Shown here: positions 45,806 to 47,567 of the stretch, one piece after another
Layout of the letters: the number at the start of each line of letters is the position of its first letter
How positions within the stretch are numbered: the stretch's first letter is position 1
Assembly: GCA_049436045.1 (NCBI GenBank)
Contig: JBMTHG010000001.1
Location: 1-47,567 of the forward strand
Direction: 5' to 3'
Length of the DNA stretch: 47,567 nt
DNA from: Bdellovibrionota bacterium
GTDB taxonomy: Bacteria; Bdellovibrionota; UBA2394
Translations under genes and position numbers: made by a program
Notes under the pieces: generated by a model
The model's database searches: none
Seen by the model: the letters and a program-made list of their open reading frames with translations, nothing else
Told to the model about the DNA's origin: nothing

Positions 45806-46624
45806 TTAGGCCCATTGAAGAAATGAGGCCGAAAATAGGCTTGCCGGTTTGATTTCTGGCAGCACTTGCTTCATCACAGGAGATTTTTGCTTTTGTGCTG
45901 AAAGTTCAAAGCTCAGCCTCTTTAAAGTGCTCTCGGCGTCCATTCCACTTTTCAACTGAAAATCAGCCCAATGACAGCGCTCAAAAATTCTCTGCCATTC
46001 TCGCGCTGAAATTTTCGGACCTCGCAGCCACTTTTGCAAAACAAAACTAGGCACTTTAACGATTTTAAGAATTTCAGCTTCCCGCCAGCCTTTTTGATGA
46101 GCGTGCTGAATCAGTCGGCCCAGGCGATAATGTCGAGCCAAAAGCTGCAAAAACACGAGCGGATGCTGGCCTCCTTCAAGAGCAAGATCGAGCTCAGAGA
46201 GAGCCTGTTTCAGGTTTTTAACCTGAATGGCATCAATCCATCGAAAAATTGCCTTATCATCACGAGGGGATTCCTCTTCATTGAAGGGGCTTTCCCAGAA
46301 CTCAAATGGCCAATTTTTTGGGGGAGAGTTTTCGGATTGAATTAAAAGGTGATGAGGCCCTTTTTTTAAATCTTCCCAAAGCTTGAGAGTTGAATTGTCA
46401 GATTTTGAAAATCGATCAGCTTCTTGAATCAAAAGAACCTTTTGCTGTGAAAACAGGGTGAAAGAGCGAAGCGAGTCAACCACTCTTGGCCAGCTGACTT
46501 CAGAGCCTGACCAGGTTTCGATCTCGATTTTTTCTTTCCAAGCCAGATCCTTGCACAGAGTCGACCACCACTGACTGCGGGCTTGGTTTTTATGAACTTT
46601 AATCCAGATTCGTTTGGCGGTCAT
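45806..46624 (-). CDS. holA: DNA polymerase III delta subunit-like (short)
   Basis: LFSQQKVLLIQEADRF and the C-terminal helical region HPLVFLQLLARHYRLGRLI are present. It lies next to rpsT, as in many bacteria. Confidence 0.5.
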   Translation of the reverse strand: MTAKRIWIKVHKNQARSQWWSTLCKDLAWKEKIEIETWSGSEVSWPRVVDSLRSFTLFSQQKVLLIQEADRFSKSDNSTLKLWEDLKKGPHHLLIQSENSPPKNWPFEFWESPFNEEESPRDDKAIFRWIDAIQVKNLKQALSELDLALEGGQHPLVFLQLLARHYRLGRLIQHAHQKGWREAEILKIVKVPSFVLQKWLRGPKISAREWQRIFERCHWADFQLKSGMDAESTLKRLSFELSAQKQKSPVMKQVLPEIKPASLFSASFLQWA

Positions 46625-47567
46625 GAGGCCCCTGTGATGTCATCTTCGGGGGTGTCAAAATCAAGAGCCGAAGAATCAAAGATAAGACTTTCATCCGTTT
46701 CTTCGATCGGCATGGAGAGTAAATCATCTAAATTCTGAGACTGGTTTACTTTCACGTCTTCTTTAGTCTCACCAGATTCGGTTTTTTCTGGCAACCCCTT
46801 AGATTCAGGAGCCTTTTTAGAATCTTCCGGTGGCTCGCTCGGCTCAGTTTCTAGCGCAAAATCGGGGCGAGGCATGGGTTCAGTCAAATCAGAGACGCCT
46901 TCAGCCACGGGTTCTGGGGCCTCGAGGGGTGCTGCGTCGACCAAGGGCGGTTGAGGCGGATTTTCAGAAGGAGCCGCTTCCTCTGGGGCTGCTTCTGGCG
47001 CTGGCTCTGCCGGAATCTCTTCGGGGCTTGCTGCTGCCTCAAGTTTTTCGGAAGCCGCCTCTTCTTGAGCAGCTTCTGCAGGGGTAGCTTCTGCGGCAGG
47101 AGTTTCTGTTGGAGCGCTTTCTGCGGGAGCGCTTTCCGTTTTAGCCGCCTCAACAGGTGCTTCATCGGGAGAGGCGAGAGCCTGATTCAGCGAAGCTTCA
47201 AGCGCTGAGAGATCAGCCGCAGGCTTTTCTTCAAACTCATCGGGAGAGCTGGGGCGAGGCTCGGTTAAGCCAGCAGCAGAAGAGGGCGCCTCTGCCGTCG
47301 CTTCTGACTCTGATGGTGACTCTGCCTTGGCCTCTTGAGATTTTTCTGGCTCGCTCAGTTTCGCAGCTTCATCAGCAGGCTCTTGCGTCGGTTGCTCTGG
47401 TGCAGAAACTTCCGCTGAGTTTTCAGATACAGATTTTGGATTTTCCTCCGTAACCCGACTTTCATCTTTTTTAGGTGTGGGAGCCGTGGCCTCTTTTTCG
47501 GCGGCCATCGCTACTGTCGCCGCAGCGGCAGCCAGAGGCGCTGCATGTGGAGCCTCATCTTGAACTT
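46621..47567 (-). CDS. Acidic Pro/Ala/Glu-rich low-complexity protein; 5' end possibly outside the window
   Basis: It is the longest frame, and its stop overlaps the holA start (ATGA). The frame stays open upstream of ATG 47508 to the window edge. Confidence 0.5.
   Translation of the reverse strand, partial: VQDEAPHAAPLAAAAATVAMAAEKEATAPTPKKDESRVTEENPKSVSENSAEVSAPEQPTQEPADEAAKLSEPEKSQEAKAESPSESEATAEAPSSAAGLTEPRPSSPDEFEEKPAADLSALEASLNQALASPDEAPVEAAKTESAPAESAPTETPAAEATPAEAAQEEAASEKLEAAASPEEIPAEPAPEAAPEEAAPSENPPQPPLVDAAPLEAPEPVAEGVSDLTEPMPRPDFALETEPSEPPEDSKKAPESKGLPEKTESGETKEDVKVNQSQNLDDLLSMPIEETDESLIFDSSALDFDTPEDDITGAS

Noticed and set aside
1-47567. A search for CRISPR arrays, tandem or interspersed long repeats, transposases, integrases, phage genes and toxin-antitoxin or defence cassettes.
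   Set aside because: None was seen by eye. The window reads as core chromosome with tightly packed operons. Long-range repeat detection by eye is unreliable and should be repeated computationally.

Overview
Dense chromosomal segment of a diderm bacterium, shown by BamA/Skp, Lnt, MurJ and a TonB-dependent receptor. GC looks mid-40s % by eye (not computed). Most genes are housekeeping: dcd, tyrS, prfB, rpsT, holA-like, ybeY, pgpH-like, maeB, glpD, ppsR, mutT, nrnA-like, an S41 peptidase and an M50 peptidase. I found no rRNA, tRNA, CRISPR array, transposase or integrase.

Four things stand out.

1. Sigma-54 wiring. The window encodes a sigma-54 enhancer-binding protein with no regulatory domain, divergent from a histidine kinase and a REC-GGDEF (AGDEF) regulator. 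It also holds four well-spaced TGGCAC-N5-TTGCA-type promoters. Three sit in front of exported proteins. One perfect match is an orphan in a 378-bp gap between convergent genes. It points into about 235 nt of non-coding, highly structured sequence that ends in a hairpin with a U-rich tail, which I read as a candidate sigma-54-dependent sRNA.

2. A variant System I cytochrome c maturation operon, ordered ccmE-F-x-x-A-B-C-D-x. CcmE carries CxxxY instead of HxxxY. Two uncharacterised ORFs lie between ccmF and ccmA, and a 4-TM His-bearing protein is coupled to ccmD. A CcmH-like protein without CXXC is encoded in a different operon.

3. Two genes missed by the ORF track (ccmD and a 38-aa bTHX-like basic protein), plus the split prfB with its programmed +1 frameshift.

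4. A structured intergenic region upstream of the 5-formyl-THF cyclo-ligase gene, the classical position of 6S RNA.

All functional calls rest on motifs read by eye and on gene order. No database search was run.
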